Shown here: in pieces, positions 1 through 13,712 of the stretch
Numbering within the stretch: the first letter of the stretch is position 1
Layout of the letters: the number at the start of each line of letters is the position of its first letter
Source: Schmidtea nova
Taxonomy: Eukaryota
Reading direction: 5' to 3'
Length of the DNA stretch: 64,000 nucleotides
Assembly (NCBI GenBank): GCA_044892505.1
Contig: CM097883.1
Location: 393,886,001-393,950,000, forward strand
The notes under the pieces: generated by a model
The model's input: only the letters and a program-made list of their open reading frames with translations
Databases searched by the model: none
Told to the model about the DNA's origin: nothing
Position numbers and translations under genes: made by a program

Positions 1-240
1 ATAGCCAATGTAACACCAATTTTCAAATATATAATTAAATTCATGATGAACGCTTTTCAAAACCATAAATATAGAAATAACCATACCATAAGTCTTTTAA
101 CAGATTAAATTGATGGTTTTTAAATATTTTTATACTGATTTAGTGAACTAAAATTTTGTTTAATAAATGAACTGGTAATTTGTTTTAAATTTCAATATTG
201 ATTATTAAAGACAATAAAGTTAGTCTAAAATGAACGTTAA

Positions 241-2380
241 CCCTTTCGTTACGGAATATTTTTAAGATTATAATGCTCCAAATACGGTGTTTTAAATGAA
301 TTTTGTATCCGTACGTTTTTCGGTATCAAAACTTTGGTGTTAGGTACTAGTACAAAGAAAAACAATTTTATTCTGGAGAAAATTTTATTTTTTATTTTCG
401 TAGAATACAAAGTTATATTAGTAACATATGAAGTACAAATTGAATTATTAGAGTATAGTTCAATTTATAATTGTTTTTTGTGTGATATATTTCAAAACAC
501 AACGGTCCATTTCAGTCTTTACAGTAATATGTAGTTTCTTTTCTTTTGTTATTTTTCGAACATACTAAGCATCTTCTTACGGTTATCTTTCCCTTATTCA
601 GTAGGTATTTTCTTTATCAAATGTCTTCCGGTAAATCTTGTTGGATTTTCGATGTGTACCGTTCTCGTGCTACTTGTTGGAGCTGAATTATATTTATCAA
701 GGATTTCTTTAATTAATTGAAGTTGAAAATTTGCTAGAGATGTTTTTATTGAGAGTTGTATAAAACGTGTGCGTTTAGCATAGTCATGTCCAGGAAATGA
801 AATAATACTTTTTATACCATTTTACACTTTTTCGAATTGATTTTACGCTGCTTAGAACCTTGGGAGACTTCTCTACGGCTTCCATATATTTATTATATTC
901 ACAAACTGCAGTTGATTTTTAAACTTTTTCGACGCTTTTTTATCTTTTTTTTCCTGTTTCACTCATTCCTACTTCATGCTGTTATTATTAGGAATTCTTC
1001 TTTCGCACCATTTTATACACAATAATGAACCAGACATAAAAAATTACTTCTCCTTTCTTCAGCTTATGTGAAGGAAAAACAGGCATATATTTTCAATTTT
1101 TTTAACTGTTCCATAAGCACTGGTTTTATGTTTATGTAAATATGTAAGTACTAAAGGACTTTTGTACCAGTTATATACAAATAACGAATGTCCTTTTTCC
1201 AAATACTTGTTCATCAATGTTATTACAATTTGACCAGATTTTCTAAGTTACGGATTATTTTTTAAGATTTCTGTTGTTGAACCAGTATATATAATAAAAT
1301 TTAAAATGTATCCAGTCTGGCAGTCACATTTCAGAAATAATTTTACACCGAATCGGTTCCTTTTTGAAGGTATATACTGCTTAAATGTAAGTCTACCTTT
1401 ATTATATGGAACAAAATTATTCTAGAATTAGTGCGTCGACAGGGAATCCAGGTAAAAAAGCCACGGAAAAAAAGCCAAAAACAATTTAGATGATGTCACA
1501 ATTATAAATTCATTTAATGAATATTTAAGTTAAGCAAAACCATAAAAAGTATATAAAAATGTTAAATAATATTTTAAATGAAAATTTAAATTAAGTAGAC
1601 AAATTTTCATAACTATTATTTTTATTACTATTGTTGACACAAATGGTTGACCAAATCTGATGTTATGACTGAATACCACAAAGTAACTGAGGGATGTCTT
1701 TTCGGCGATTGTTGAGGTCTTCCAGGAGATTATTGAGACATTTCTGCATTTCTTCGTAGCATCGTCGCTTGCGCTTGTGTTCTTGAATTCCACGTCCATC
1801 CTTTAGAACTTTGATGTGAAAGTTTTCTGAAGACTTTCGATTAATTTCGAATATAATGCCAGAATTTTATAATAATATATTTATTTATTTTATTCTATTA
1901 TTTAAAATATTAAAAATTATGAATGAATGAATTAAATTTGAGCACACTTCAAACAAATCATTTTTTTATTTACACATTTATGACTTTTCCGTAGCTTTTT
2001 CTTCCTTGGCTTTTTTTGCGCCAACCGTCGACAGGTAATCTTATTTTAAATAATTGATCATCACTTTTTTCGTTATTTTACAAAAGTGCAAAATTTTCAT
2101 TATTTTGCAGAATATTGGTGTTTCCAGCAATGGATGAATTGACCAATACTCTACCTCTTTAAGCTTTTTTACTTTAGCCATCAACTCTCTTTTTAATTCA
2201 TTTGTGTATTTTTAGAATTGCTTATTATCTTTCATAAATTGAAACTATTTGTTCGATTCCACTTTTTCCACTATTTTCCCCAATCAAATCGTTATGATTA
2301 AACAGCTCTTCAAAAACTAATAAAGGTGTAGAATTTATATTAATATTTGGATTATTGATTGATCTCAGTAAAATTATGAT
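241..2380 (-). mobile_element. Decayed piggyBac transposon (PGBD4-like transposase remnant), interrupted by a MITE
   Basis: Left end is TTAA|CCCTTT at 237-246. Manual minus-strand translation gives YWS...LHF...DQLFKIR (~2040-2150), KGRLTFKQYIPSKRNRFGVKLFLKCDCQTGYILNFIIYTG (~1280-1400) and the C-terminal Cys-rich domain RRCLVCSK...KETTYYCKD*...LCFEIYH (~480-580). Stops and frameshifts throughout. Confidence 0.85.
1443..2025. mobile_element. Non-autonomous MITE, Mutator-like, inserted in the piggyBac transposase
   Basis: 9-bp direct repeat CGTCGACAG at 1434-1442 and 2026-2034. Inverted subterminal repeats of the AAAAAAGCCACGGA type at both ends. Confidence 0.7.
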
Positions 2381-2383
2381 AAT

Positions 2384-2641
2384 TCAGAACCCAAGTGGGA
2401 TTGTATCCCAAAAGACAGTGACTATCAGATAATTCTTCTGCATTTTCATTTGCATATTTCCCTCGGAGCGTAACTTTAAAAGGTGACTGGGGTCCTTACC
2501 TCGTGAGAGCAATCGTAACTCGATGTGAAGCAAAAGTGCTTTATGATTATTCCCCATCTCATTGTATAAAATTAGTAATATGCGAGAATCAAGATGTTGA
2601 ATCTTTATAAAATTTACTGTTTTTGGACTCATTGAGAACAA
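2384..2641 (-). pseudogene. hAT transposase fragment (Buster/Charlie/ZBED8-like)
   Basis: KTVNFIK...DSRILLILYNEMGNNHKALLLHIELRLLSRGK resembles the family motif KxVNFIK..LNSRLF..LC.EMG..H..LLLHTEVRWLSRGK. Confidence 0.75.
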
Positions 2642-5636
2642 TTCTTAAGTTGGAGGGCACATTTTTTGTGGCTAAGGCTTCACGATGAATAATAGCGTGT
2701 AGATATTTACTTCGGGCTGTTGTCCTTCTTATTTTTAAATGTAATAAAAATTACAATAAATACCGATAGAATAGATAGATATATAACGTTAAAATTATTA
2801 TGTCGATTATTTTTATACTTTCTAAACTAAACTGCAATAAAATAGTTAGTGACTAAATAATTTCAAATAATTATGTAACTGAAATGAACGTCCTTAAACC
2901 TATAATTATTTTGGTGCTACTGTGTTTATTGCCTATCATTCAGATTAGCCACCCAACACGCGACTCATTGATTTTTAAACACGGCTATATTGGCTGGCAT
3001 ACACACACAAAACATGTACTATAGACTTTTACGCCAAACAAGAATGTCATCGATACAAGCGCTGCTTACTGGCAATTTTGAACGAGCTCGAGTGGGATAT
3101 GGACAATCATTTTATTTACTCGCCAACTTTTACTTGCTTGATCCCGGCGCTAACTAGACGTGAAATTTGTACTGTTACATGTACGATGTACATAAACAGT
3201 TTTCCGATGAAAAATGGATGTCACAAACCATATTCAATCGTCATAAATTTAAAATAAATGTGTGCATTAAGTATTTAACAATTTTTTTACTATAAGAAAT
3301 TTAAATTTTATAAAAATTCTATCATTTTTCGTTTTTTTAACAGATGCAACTTATGCAATTCAAAACGTTTCAAAACAGTGCAAGTAATATCAGCTATTTT
3401 TTATAATTATGTGTGTGATTCCAATTATCATAATTTGAGATTTTCAATTTCATACAGTGAATTTTTGTCCCTAATATATTATTTTTTTGCAAAACGTTAT
3501 AAAATATAATGGTAAAATAATAATTGGTAAATATTATTAATCAATAGATACTACTTACGAACGTAAGTAGTTTAAATTAAAATTAAAATTTAATATTATG
3601 AATTAGCCAATCAAAACCTTTTTGTTTTAATTACTATAAACATATTATTTACTGGTATAGTGTTTCGTAATTCATGGATGTAAATGCTTCCATGAAAAAT
3701 AGACTGTTTCGTTGCATATCCGTAAAGAAAACTATTAATATAGTCTTATCTTATCATTGTATTTACTATAATTGTATTTATTATCATTGTATTTATATTC
3801 AGTTTATTTTAATAATTTTATTTATAATTAAATACTAAAAAAATTTATCGAAATATTGATATTGTAAAATCCAATAATAAAATTTTTATTTTAAAAATCT
3901 TGTTTGCACATTTTACAATTACATAAAACAAATATCAATTTAATAAATGAAAATTTGATTTAATTGATTTATTATTATTTTTTTCATACCATAGATTATA
4001 AAAATTTATTCTTCTATTCAACACAAATTTTTGATTTATTGTCTGAAAATAAATGAAATCGTAAAAAGATAATAAATTTGAATGAATATTTTTAAATAAA
4101 AAATAAATATCTAATGAAAAATTTCAAGCTGCATTTGTTGATTAGCACTATTTTTACTTTCTTATTCAAATGAAAATACAGTTTCGTTTGACAAAGATGC
4201 GAAAGAAACTAAAATACACTACGTATATTTTGTTTATTTGTGTATATGTAAATGGGTGCATATATTTAAATGCTATTTTTCTCGCAGGATACCAATTATG
4301 ATTATAATCATTAAAATCTTAATCATTAATTTTTCGACTTCTTTTGGATTTTTTGCAGACAATAGATTAAAATTATTTTCTTCTATTCAACGCAAATTTC
4401 CAGCAGTCTTTTTCTCTTTCTAGTGTTATAATAATATCCAAAAATAATGATATTTATAACAAATATTAGAGTTTAAATCCAAAAAGAAAAACAAAAGAAT
4501 TAGATTTTTGTTCAGCAGTTATGAACAATTGAATAAACAAATGTGATAAAATTTTTAAATAGATAATAAAAGTTTATTTAATTTACAGTTGTCAGCAAAT
4601 TAAATATTAAAAATTTTCTAGTCAATGATTAGATACGTGAGCTGATTATTTTGAAAGTTCAACTTTTTTTAGCGAGATATTTAAAGATTTGCGTTTCAAT
4701 AAATTAAAAAATATTGACAAGCTCTAGTAGGTTACTTTAAATCAAGTCCATTTGGATATATAAAAAAAATTCTTCAGGTATCTTTGATAAGCATTATTAG
4801 ATAATAATGTTACATTATCTATAACTATAAACCACACATCTTTCAACATAAACTGCTTAATTGATGATGTTTATGTGTTAAATTGAACTAACGATATTTC
4901 TGGTGGTTCTTATGTGTGACGTTAGTACTTAGGACTGGAACGAATAACATCAACTGATTAATAATTAAAAATATAAAATGATTGTGTATACAATGTTTGG
5001 GGGTTGCATAAATTGAGGCAAAAATGTACTAAGAATTATGTTCAAAACAATATAAAAAACATAATTTTGTAAAAATCTTAAAATGTTCATAAATTAAAAA
5101 TTGGAAAAAAATTTTGAGGGGAAACAGATATAAGAGATGATGGGGTTGTGGATGGTTTTGTAAAATATATGTATGTGAATTCTTGCTTTCTAGGGATTTC
5201 CCGCCCACAACCTTGCATAAACTGATCGTCGATACGCGTATGCCCTTGACTATTCCCTACTAGCCAAGTTGGTACTGCATACGGTGGTGGAAAAATGATG
5301 GGCAGGAGAGCTTTGTTACCAGAACTACTCCCCATTTTTCTTCCCTCGGGTCCTTGCTGCCTATAGAAGGTCTTACGCATTTAAATCTTATTTCTATTTG
5401 TCCTAAACTCAATCTTTGATCTCTATGCCCCCAATGTCTAAAAACCACTTTCGAATAAAACTTCATCCCTTTACTTTCGGTGGAAACTTTTATTTAGACC
5501 TCCGCTCTTAAATTAATCTATTTAGTTTTTATTTATTTAGTGTAAAAAATTTGCATGAGTAGAGGCAATACCAAACTTAATTAATAACCCTTTAACTAGA
5601 AAACATTTTTATTTTTGACACATCAACTACAACATT

Positions 5637-6217
5637 TTATTTCATAAAATCCAAGTTGATTTCGTCCATCGGTTCCAATTCTGTTAGCGAGCTCAATCTA
5701 TCGATCTGCTTGTTCATCCGCTGAGCGAATTCTCGGCGGCGGCGCTTCTGTCTTGATCCTAATCGGTTCCTTCGTTGCTGTCCGACTGTGGTTGCGGGAA
5801 CCATGGGTTCTGGTTGGCTGCTGCGAAGTGTGGGAGGAACTTTCATTATAGGATTTGGAGCCGTGATAATTTAGTCCTCCGTTCCAATTTCTCCTGATAC
5901 TTGCTTTGGGTCCATCGTTGAGCCGTAATCGGACGAATTAACGCGCGCAGTTCGGTGTCTATATAGCTCTTTGTTACCGAATTTAGACAATTTCGCAACT
6001 CTCTCTGGACTGCGTCGAGCTCCGTCTTAGTCTCAGTTAAAGCTTCTTGCATTCTATTCATTTTCACCAGTTGGGTTTTCATTTGCTCTGGAGAAAACCA
6101 TCGATTTTTTAGTTCCTCATTTGCAACCGTGAGTCGCTTGATTTGCCGTTGCTGGTCTCTCATTCTCCGCTCTTGCACTTGATTTGTAAATTTCTTTAAA
6201 GTTTCGGCAGAATTCAT
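5637..6217 (-). pseudogene. Coiled-coil plus Arg-rich unknown protein, copy A (one ancestral ORF broken by a frameshift and a stop)
   Basis: ORFs 5846-6217 and 5637-5846 align to the single ORF 34404-35009. The intervening frame reads IGTED*IITAPNPIMK, versus CGTEDGIIMAPTLIT in copy B. Confidence 0.75.
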
Positions 6218-6474
6218 TTAGACTAAATAGTACAATACTTATTACAACGGTAAAGTTATCGGTGGCTTATATTTTACTTAAATAATATAATAGTTATATT
6301 GTAGGAAAATGAACACCATTAATTCTAACATAAGTATTGATTAAATTTTAATGAATTTGTCGAAAAACTTTATCGTCACCACTTCAAAAAACTTTAGAGG
6401 TTAAATTTATTGTGCTTAATTACTAACAAATGACTAAAAGAACTCGCATTTACTAAGACATTTATTGAACTAAA

Positions 6475-7026
6475 TTATTCACTGGACATTTTTCCCCGAT
6501 AGGAAAATATAGTGCGGATTTGTAGATTGACCTTGATTTCAGTGGCGATATTTGCAGCTTTCTTCAGACATTCTTTTTTGGCTTCCCGGAGGGGTCGGAT
6601 TGATACATTAAAAATGATTCCCAGCTCCTTGAATGTTGCGGCCGGAATATAACCCCAATAAATAACGAAATTCGGGAATCCATTTGCGTCCAACATCAGG
6701 ACAAACCACTCTGAGTGCCATTGCTCGAATTCCTCGCCCGGAATTATGGGCCAGTTGGCACATCCTTGGTACCATACATGATGGCGTGGGTGATCCCACA
6801 CTGTGAAGGGACATGCTGTGTCTAATTCCCTCTTCCAGGCCCACATTTTCTGGTGGACCTGCTGAATAATTTCGAAAGGAGCGGCTTTAGAGGACTGATC
6901 CGCACTCGATTTCGCTTGAGCTGCCCGTTTTTCCATCCCCACTGATTCTCGGTTTTGACTACTCTCCTTTTCCTCTTTAACGCATTTACAGTTGACATTT
7001 TCCTGGACAATCACAAAAATTATCAT
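6475..7026 (-). CDS. Trp-rich protein of unknown function, copy A
   Basis: Roughly two-thirds identical by eye to 35346-35819 over ~135 aa (HQKMWAW.REL.TACPFTVWDHPRHHVWY.GCANWP). Confidence 0.7.
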   Translation of the reverse strand: MIIFVIVQENVNCKCVKEEKESSQNRESVGMEKRAAQAKSSADQSSKAAPFEIIQQVHQKMWAWKRELDTACPFTVWDHPRHHVWYQGCANWPIIPGEEFEQWHSEWFVLMLDANGFPNFVIYWGYIPAATFKELGIIFNVSIRPLREAKKECLKKAANIATEIKVNLQIRTIFSYRGKMSSE

Positions 7027-9765
7027 TTATTATTTTAAATAATAGTTAGTTAAATTTAATATTCTCTCTCCTCGCTTGTTGTATTTTATTATGCTTATCA
7101 CCCCTTTTATGTTCTGGGTCGATTTTATGATGAGAAAAATATATTTCCCTAGTGTCAGTTCTCTGATTTTTTTTACTGTCCAAAATGTTCATTCGTCTGG
7201 GTATTACTGTTGGAAATTTTACTGTTTGTAGCTACTCCACGGTGATGTTATTCTTATGGATAAAAAATAAAAAAAAATTGTGTTTGACTTAAGATCCCTG
7301 CTACTTTCTAATCGCGTATCTCATGTCTATGTTGGTCTATATTATTTCAATAAAAATCAGTGCCCTTTCACACTCAATACTACCCATAGTGGAAATGATC
7401 CCCTGTTTTTCGGTGTCCCATGTGCAACCCTGCCGAAATTAATTACATCCTAGTCATTATCGATTTTTCTACCGGGTGTGGAGCCTCTAAGCACTATGAC
7501 GCGGACTGACACCCTGGGAACATGTAGCTCCCATTTGGCGCGCTACATATCTATAATTTATATATGACCAAAATAAGAAAATAAAATTATTAATATGTAA
7601 CATATAATTAGTATAACAAAATCATGAACATCAGCATTTTACAAATAATAAGTACCTAATTCCGTGAAATGCTTGTCAAGGTAATACTATATCTAAAATT
7701 ACAGTTTGGTTTGTAATTGATCGGCTGATTGATTGTGTTGCAAAATTGGTTCAGTTAGATCGGGTCAAATTCGAGTCTAACTTAAGTCAAAATTGCTCAC
7801 TGTTTTAAATGAATTTCAATCGGTATTTATATCGATTTGGCTGGGTCCGACTAACCAATCAGGTTTGATTGCTTCCATGGTAGGTCTAATTATTATTTTG
7901 TTTACCTAATTAATTTTCTATTTTTCTGATTCAATTCTTTCCAGGTGGTCCAGTTTTCCAATCAATTTTTCAATTACAAGTACTTTTATTTTATTTAAAT
8001 TATTAATATTTTACATTTTATTTGTTTTAGGTACCTCTTATGACGGCTAATTTTAAGATCTATCTAAAACTTATAATATAATTTATTTATAATTTAATAG
8101 TAATTTATTTATATTTTATTTTATTATCCTTTTTTTTAAATTTAACATTCACCTTTCTTAGCTTACATTTTTTCTTTTTGTTTTGCTATTCATTTATTTT
8201 CCTTTTTTCTCTGTTTAGCTGGCCCAACAGATAGAACCGTTTAAAATGAATGAAAAAACCAGTAGGGTTCGAATTGGATTTCATAAAAATCGTTATTAAA
8301 AGAAGTTAAAGTTTCGTAAATTTCGATTGCCCATAAAGTTACTAGTTAATAATAAACATATAAAAGTCCAGTTTAAAGCATTTATGTATTGAAATGTTGT
8401 GAATACTATTTGAAAATAAATTATTGGGTGTTTTTTTCTTGGTTTTAAGAGCACAAGGAGATTTTTATTTGTCGATAAGTTATCAGTAACCCAGCATAAT
8501 TAGATGCTCAATCACCTAGCCAAGTATTTGAGCTTTAAAAGCTAATGAATTTAATTATTTATCTATTTACATTCGTATAAATTATGTAAGTTAATGAATA
8601 AATGTCTAAAATTAAATAATTAACGTAATTTATGGAAATTAGAAATTTTGTCCAAATTAGATAAATTATGCATCATTCGATAGAGAAAGGTTGATTTTAA
8701 GATAACATAGAAATACAAAAATAATTTTTTAGCTATTAAAATTAATATACATATTTTCGAATTATATTATTTTATAATATTTTTCCAGTCAAGCGTTGAT
8801 CTTATAATTAATGAGAAACATATTTTAAAAGTAAAATATTATTATTTACAAAAAAACAATTCTTTGATTTTTCTCTTCTCTTTATAATTTTAGATGAGGT
8901 ATATATACTAGTTTTAAGTGCGATAATTTTTACTATAAATATTTATATTTCAATAATACTACTATTGCTGATTTGTGATATAATACAAATCAATTTAATA
9001 TTGAATTGTACTTTGACAGTAACATTGATAATCAATTACAATAATAGTTATAATATTGTTTAGATTGAACTTTGATTTTAACATTGATATATACAGGCCC
9101 GCAGAGATTTTCAATGGGCCCGGACCAAAAATATTTCTCGGGGCTCACGTATTATTTTTTTAAAATATTTAATTTTCTGTAATTTGGTCTTGATATTTGA
9201 ATTATAACAAACACAATTATTTTTTATTTACTGATATACATGTTAATTATTTTATAGATGCTTTTATTTATGACATGAAATATTTAAACTTAACTTTAAA
9301 ATCAGGGCCCGTGCCATATGATCCTTCTANNNNNNNNNNNNNNNNNNNNNNNNNNNNNNNNNNNNNNNNNNNNNNNNNNNNNNNNNNNNNNNNNNNNNNN
9401 NNNNNNNNNNNNNNNNNNNNNNNNNNNNNNNNNNNNNNNNNNNNNNNNNNNNNNNNNNNNNNNNNNNNNNNNNNNNNNNNNNATCACATTACTGCTAGGA
9501 GAAAGAAAAGCCATAAGAAACTGTTCAGATTCAAACAAGATGTTAGAAAACTTTAAAACACACTTTCTCCAAATTACCTTCTTAACAAACACGCAACATC
9601 AATAATAAATTAATAAAATCAGAAACATCAACAAAATAGTTTTACCTGTTTACATCCGTTCAATTTTTATCACTTCTTCACAACTTCGAAAGCTCTCAAT
9701 ATCAACTATCTTTAAAAATAATGTCTTTGCTGTTCTAAATTAAATTCTTTTGCTTATCCAAAAAT

Positions 9766-12396
9766 CAGGGCCGGCCCTAGAGTCGAGCCAGCTTGGTCGA
9801 GCTTGGCTGGTATGGGCGCCATATATGAAAACAATTAAATCAATCCTTCGCAAGATATTAGGGCTTATGAAACTTAATAGTAATTTAAAATTATGATACG
9901 CAATAAAGCAATTGCGTTTATTTAAAATAAGTAGTAAATTATTACATTTTTAAAAATATTCTGCGTATTAATCACATATACCGTTGGTAGTCATAGCAAC
10001 CATAAATATTATTGTAACACTAAATACACAAGTATTAAACTTTTAAAATTAATGTTCAGTGTTTTGAAAATTCAATCGAAGTTTCAGCGGTAAAAAGAAT
10101 AGGTATGTTGTATGTATTGATAAATGAATATCTATAATAGGATATAAATCTTTGTTTTAATATTGGCGTTCTAATCTTTCGTTTTTCTACATTGTTAGGC
10201 TTTATATTTAACCCATAATAATGCCTCCGAAAAAACTAAGTCACTACCAAGGTAGAAAAAGAAAATCAGAGCAGGAAAAGCAAATACAAAAATGTCAAAA
10301 GATTTCTTTTTTTAAATCTGAAAATGTTGATCTTCAAAGTGACGATTCAGAATCGGAAAATGAGCTCCAACATATTGAGACAGAGTCTACCTGCATAGAT
10401 TCAGATCTTATAAGTTCATCGAAATCATTGGACGTTGAATAATATTGTTCCAATCCCGAACCTGATCTCGAATCAGATCATAGCATTGATGACACATTTG
10501 ACATTATTTCTAATTCGGAAACGTTAAATTCCGAACATAATTCTTTATATGTTGTTCCAAGTATCCAAGACTATTTGTCCGATATTGGGAAATGGCTGCA
10601 AAATATTGGCCCAAATATCGATTTACTTGTAAGGCGTGAACCAGAGCAAATAATTAATTTTGATTTTCCATTAACTGTTCAAGAAAAGGAAGGAAGAAGT
10701 CGGAAGTTTTGTTCTACAAACTATTATCGAACACTTCCTAACGGTGAAAAGATTCAACGAAAGTGGTTGGTTTATTCAAAATCTAATGATGCTTTTTACT
10801 GTTTTGCATGCAAGCTTTATTCTAAGAAAGAAATTTCTCTAACTGTTAATGGATTTAATAATTGGAAAAAAGTATCAGCCAGATTTAAAGAGCATGAAAA
10901 AACAATTGAACACTTAAAATGTATATCAACATGGAATGACTTGGTCAGAAGTTTGAATGAAGGAAAAACTATTGACTCATTTAATAAAAAACTCGTGAAT
11001 GAAAATACAATACGTTGGCGAAATGTATTGGAGAGATTATTTGAAATCATTAAGTTACACGGGTCACAGAACCTTGCTTTGAGAGGAACATCTGATAAGT
11101 TATATGAAGATAACAATGGAAATTTCTTAAAAATTGTGGAGCTTATAGCCAAATTCGACCCAATCTTGAAAGAACACGCACGTCAAATGAAAAATAAAGA
11201 ATTACACGTACATTACTTGGGCAAAAGAATTCAAAATGAAATGATTACGTTGTTAAATTCTGCAGTCAAAGAAAATATTACAAACTTAATAAAACTGAAT
11301 AAATATTATTCAATAATCATTGATTGTACTCCAGATGTTTCTCATATTGAGCAAATGTCATTAATTGTCCGAGTGGTATGTCCAAGTGTTGATGAGCATT
11401 TCTTAAGTTTCATTGAAATTGATAATAGCTCCGGAGCTGGAATTACAGATAAGATTATAGAAGTATTAGAGTCAAATAACTTGTCAGTGGACAATATGAG
11501 AGGTCAAAGATATGATAACGGCTCTGATATAGCGGTGTCCAAAGTAGTATTTTTAATTTAAACCCAAGAGTTTTTTTTGTTCCTTGCAGTGCACATATTC
11601 TAAATTTACTGGTGAATGATTCTGCCAGCTGTTGTGTTGAAGGTATAACTTTTTTTGATATCATTCAGCATTTGTATGTTTTTTTCTCATCGTCAACTCA
11701 ACGCTGGTCTTTATTAAAAAAACATATAACTGGTTTTATGTTGAAAAGTCTAAGTGAAACTAGATGGGCCAGTCGAATTGATACTTTAAAGCCTCTACGA
11801 TATCACCTTAAAGAAGTTATTGCGGATCTGTATAATTGTATAAATGAGGATGGGCAACCTAATGTTACCACAGTCACAGCAGTGAGGAACAAGTCAGAAG
11901 CCACAGCGATATTGCAAAAAATTGAAAAATGTAACTAGCAAAGCATTTCAAGCAGTTGGTTTAAACCTGAGCCAAGCAGTAACGTTGTTATCAAAGAGCA
12001 TGGTGTTCCTGGAAGACTATAGAACAGATGCAAAATTTGATTGTATTTTGGAGGAGGCTAAAATAATTGCTATTGATTTAGATATTGATGTACAATTTGA
12101 ACGCGCACGAGTCCGCCGTCAAAGATGACAATTTGATTACGAACAACGTGATGAAGTATTTGAAATGAATAATAAAAATTCATGCAACATTATCCAGAAA
12201 GAAAAGTTTTATATACATATTGGTATAAAGAAAGTTTTGTATTAAATTTAATATAAAAATATTTTTTTAATTATTCATAATTTAGGTTAAACAAAATCAA
12301 AAATTTTTAGTTGATTCTTTTTTTTGCTTGTTAAAACTTATGGGGCGAGATTTAGACCCTTGGCCTAGGGCGCCATAAGAGCTCGGACGGGCCCCG
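9766..12396 (+). mobile_element. hAT DNA transposon (ZMYM1-like/TTF zinc-finger transposase), decayed
   Basis: Perfect 8-bp TSD CCAAAAAT (9758-9765, 12397-12404) and imperfect TIRs CAGGGCCGGCCC. ORFs 10575-11561 and 11612-11938 contain WLVYS..NDA.YCFACKL, IIDCTPD.SH.EQMS, YDNG, C.AH.LNL and SETRW. Confidence 0.9.
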
Positions 12397-13712
12397 CCAA
12401 AAATATAGTATATAAACTTAATTGTCTAAAATGTGACTGATGCTTAAATAGGAGAACCACGGAACTTTTCGCACAAAACTTAATGAACACACTAAAAACA
12501 AAATCAGCAATTATCACGAACATTGGGATGATTTCAGCTATAGGTCAAGCAAAGAGCCAAATTTTACAAGACGGATTTAAAAATTCATTACAAAGATTAG
12601 CTTCTGAAACTTCTTCATCAAAAAACACAAACCGTCCGTCAACTTTCAATTCTCACAAAATCATGTTTAAGGTTCAAAATTAAATTTAATAAATATAACA
12701 GTAAAAAGTAAATTTACTATTTAAGATTAAGTTAATATAATGATTGAAAAACACATTTGATAAAGACCGTGCCAAAATATCGTTTACATAATAAAAAAAA
12801 TTTTATTTTGTCTTACAAAAATTAATATTAAAATTTTTGGATTTTTTTTATTCGTACATTTTGACCCTTATGTAGTTATATTTTCGTCATAATCGTTTCA
12901 TTTTTGGAATAAAAAAGCACCAATATAATTGAAACTAGCATCTCTATCTAAAATGAATGTTTTTAAAAATCTATATTGCATAGTGATATTACACTGGCCA
13001 AGTTATGTTCTGTATTACAGTGCAAATGCACTGCAGACGTTCATTATAAACTGATATATGTAAATAACTGTCTGACTGGAAACTTTTGGTAGGCCGGAGT
13101 ACATTCCAGTAACATTGTTGCTGTAACAATAGCTACGAGATGATCAAAAATTCGACTTATTTATACGACTTAGGTTGTAAAATTTATATGAATCGTAAAA
13201 GTAAAAAATCTGAACTTTGGAAAAACTACGACATGCGACAAAATCCGAGATATCTCGATCCTACTAAAGTGAGCTCGACTGTATTATAATAGTTATTATA
13301 AATTGTTTTAAAAATTTAAATTTTCAAAAAAATAGACTATTTTCAAATAATAATAAATTACTATTTGGAGGTTTTACACTCATTGTTGAATCAAGAGATG
13401 CAGGTCCAATTATTTCATTTTTATTTCATTTTTTAACTGTTTTATTATTGTAATACGATGATGATCTGGGAAAAGAATAGATCTGGAAGTGCACAGCAAT
13501 GGGAACAAAGGTCACCAACACCTTCAACATGCTGCATGCGCCCATGTACACGTGTACACACATACACACAGAATATGACTTCACACCAGACACACACAGT
13601 GAGTCATGGTAATGGAGGATTGTCACTTTCTTAGAATATGACTACTCACACCAGACACACAACAGTGATAACAGTGAGTCATGTTAATGAAGGATTGCCA
13701 TTTTCTTAGAAT

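Larger units (their letters stand above)
5138..8229. mobile_element. 3.1-kb TG...CA-bounded LTR-family element, copy A (large solo LTR or integrase-mobilised passenger), carrying two unknown genes
   Basis: Starts TGATGGGGTTGTGG and ends GGCCCAACA. Flanks are GAGA/GATA (4 bp, one mismatch). Collinear with 33897-37242 along its length. Confidence 0.75.

Noticed and set aside
3044-3157. 37-aa ORF (MSSIQALLTGNFERARVGYG...) in a locally GC-richer patch
   Set aside because: Short, with no recognisable motif and no second copy in the window.
5844-5848. TAATG stop-start overlap between ORFs 5846-6217 and 5637-5846
   Set aside because: The homologue at 34404-35009 is one ORF; the overlap results from a frameshift in copy A.
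10817-11152. Antisense ORFs overlapping transposase, capsid and env genes (many in the ORF track)
   Set aside because: Shadow ORFs opposite real coding sequence, with no independent evidence.
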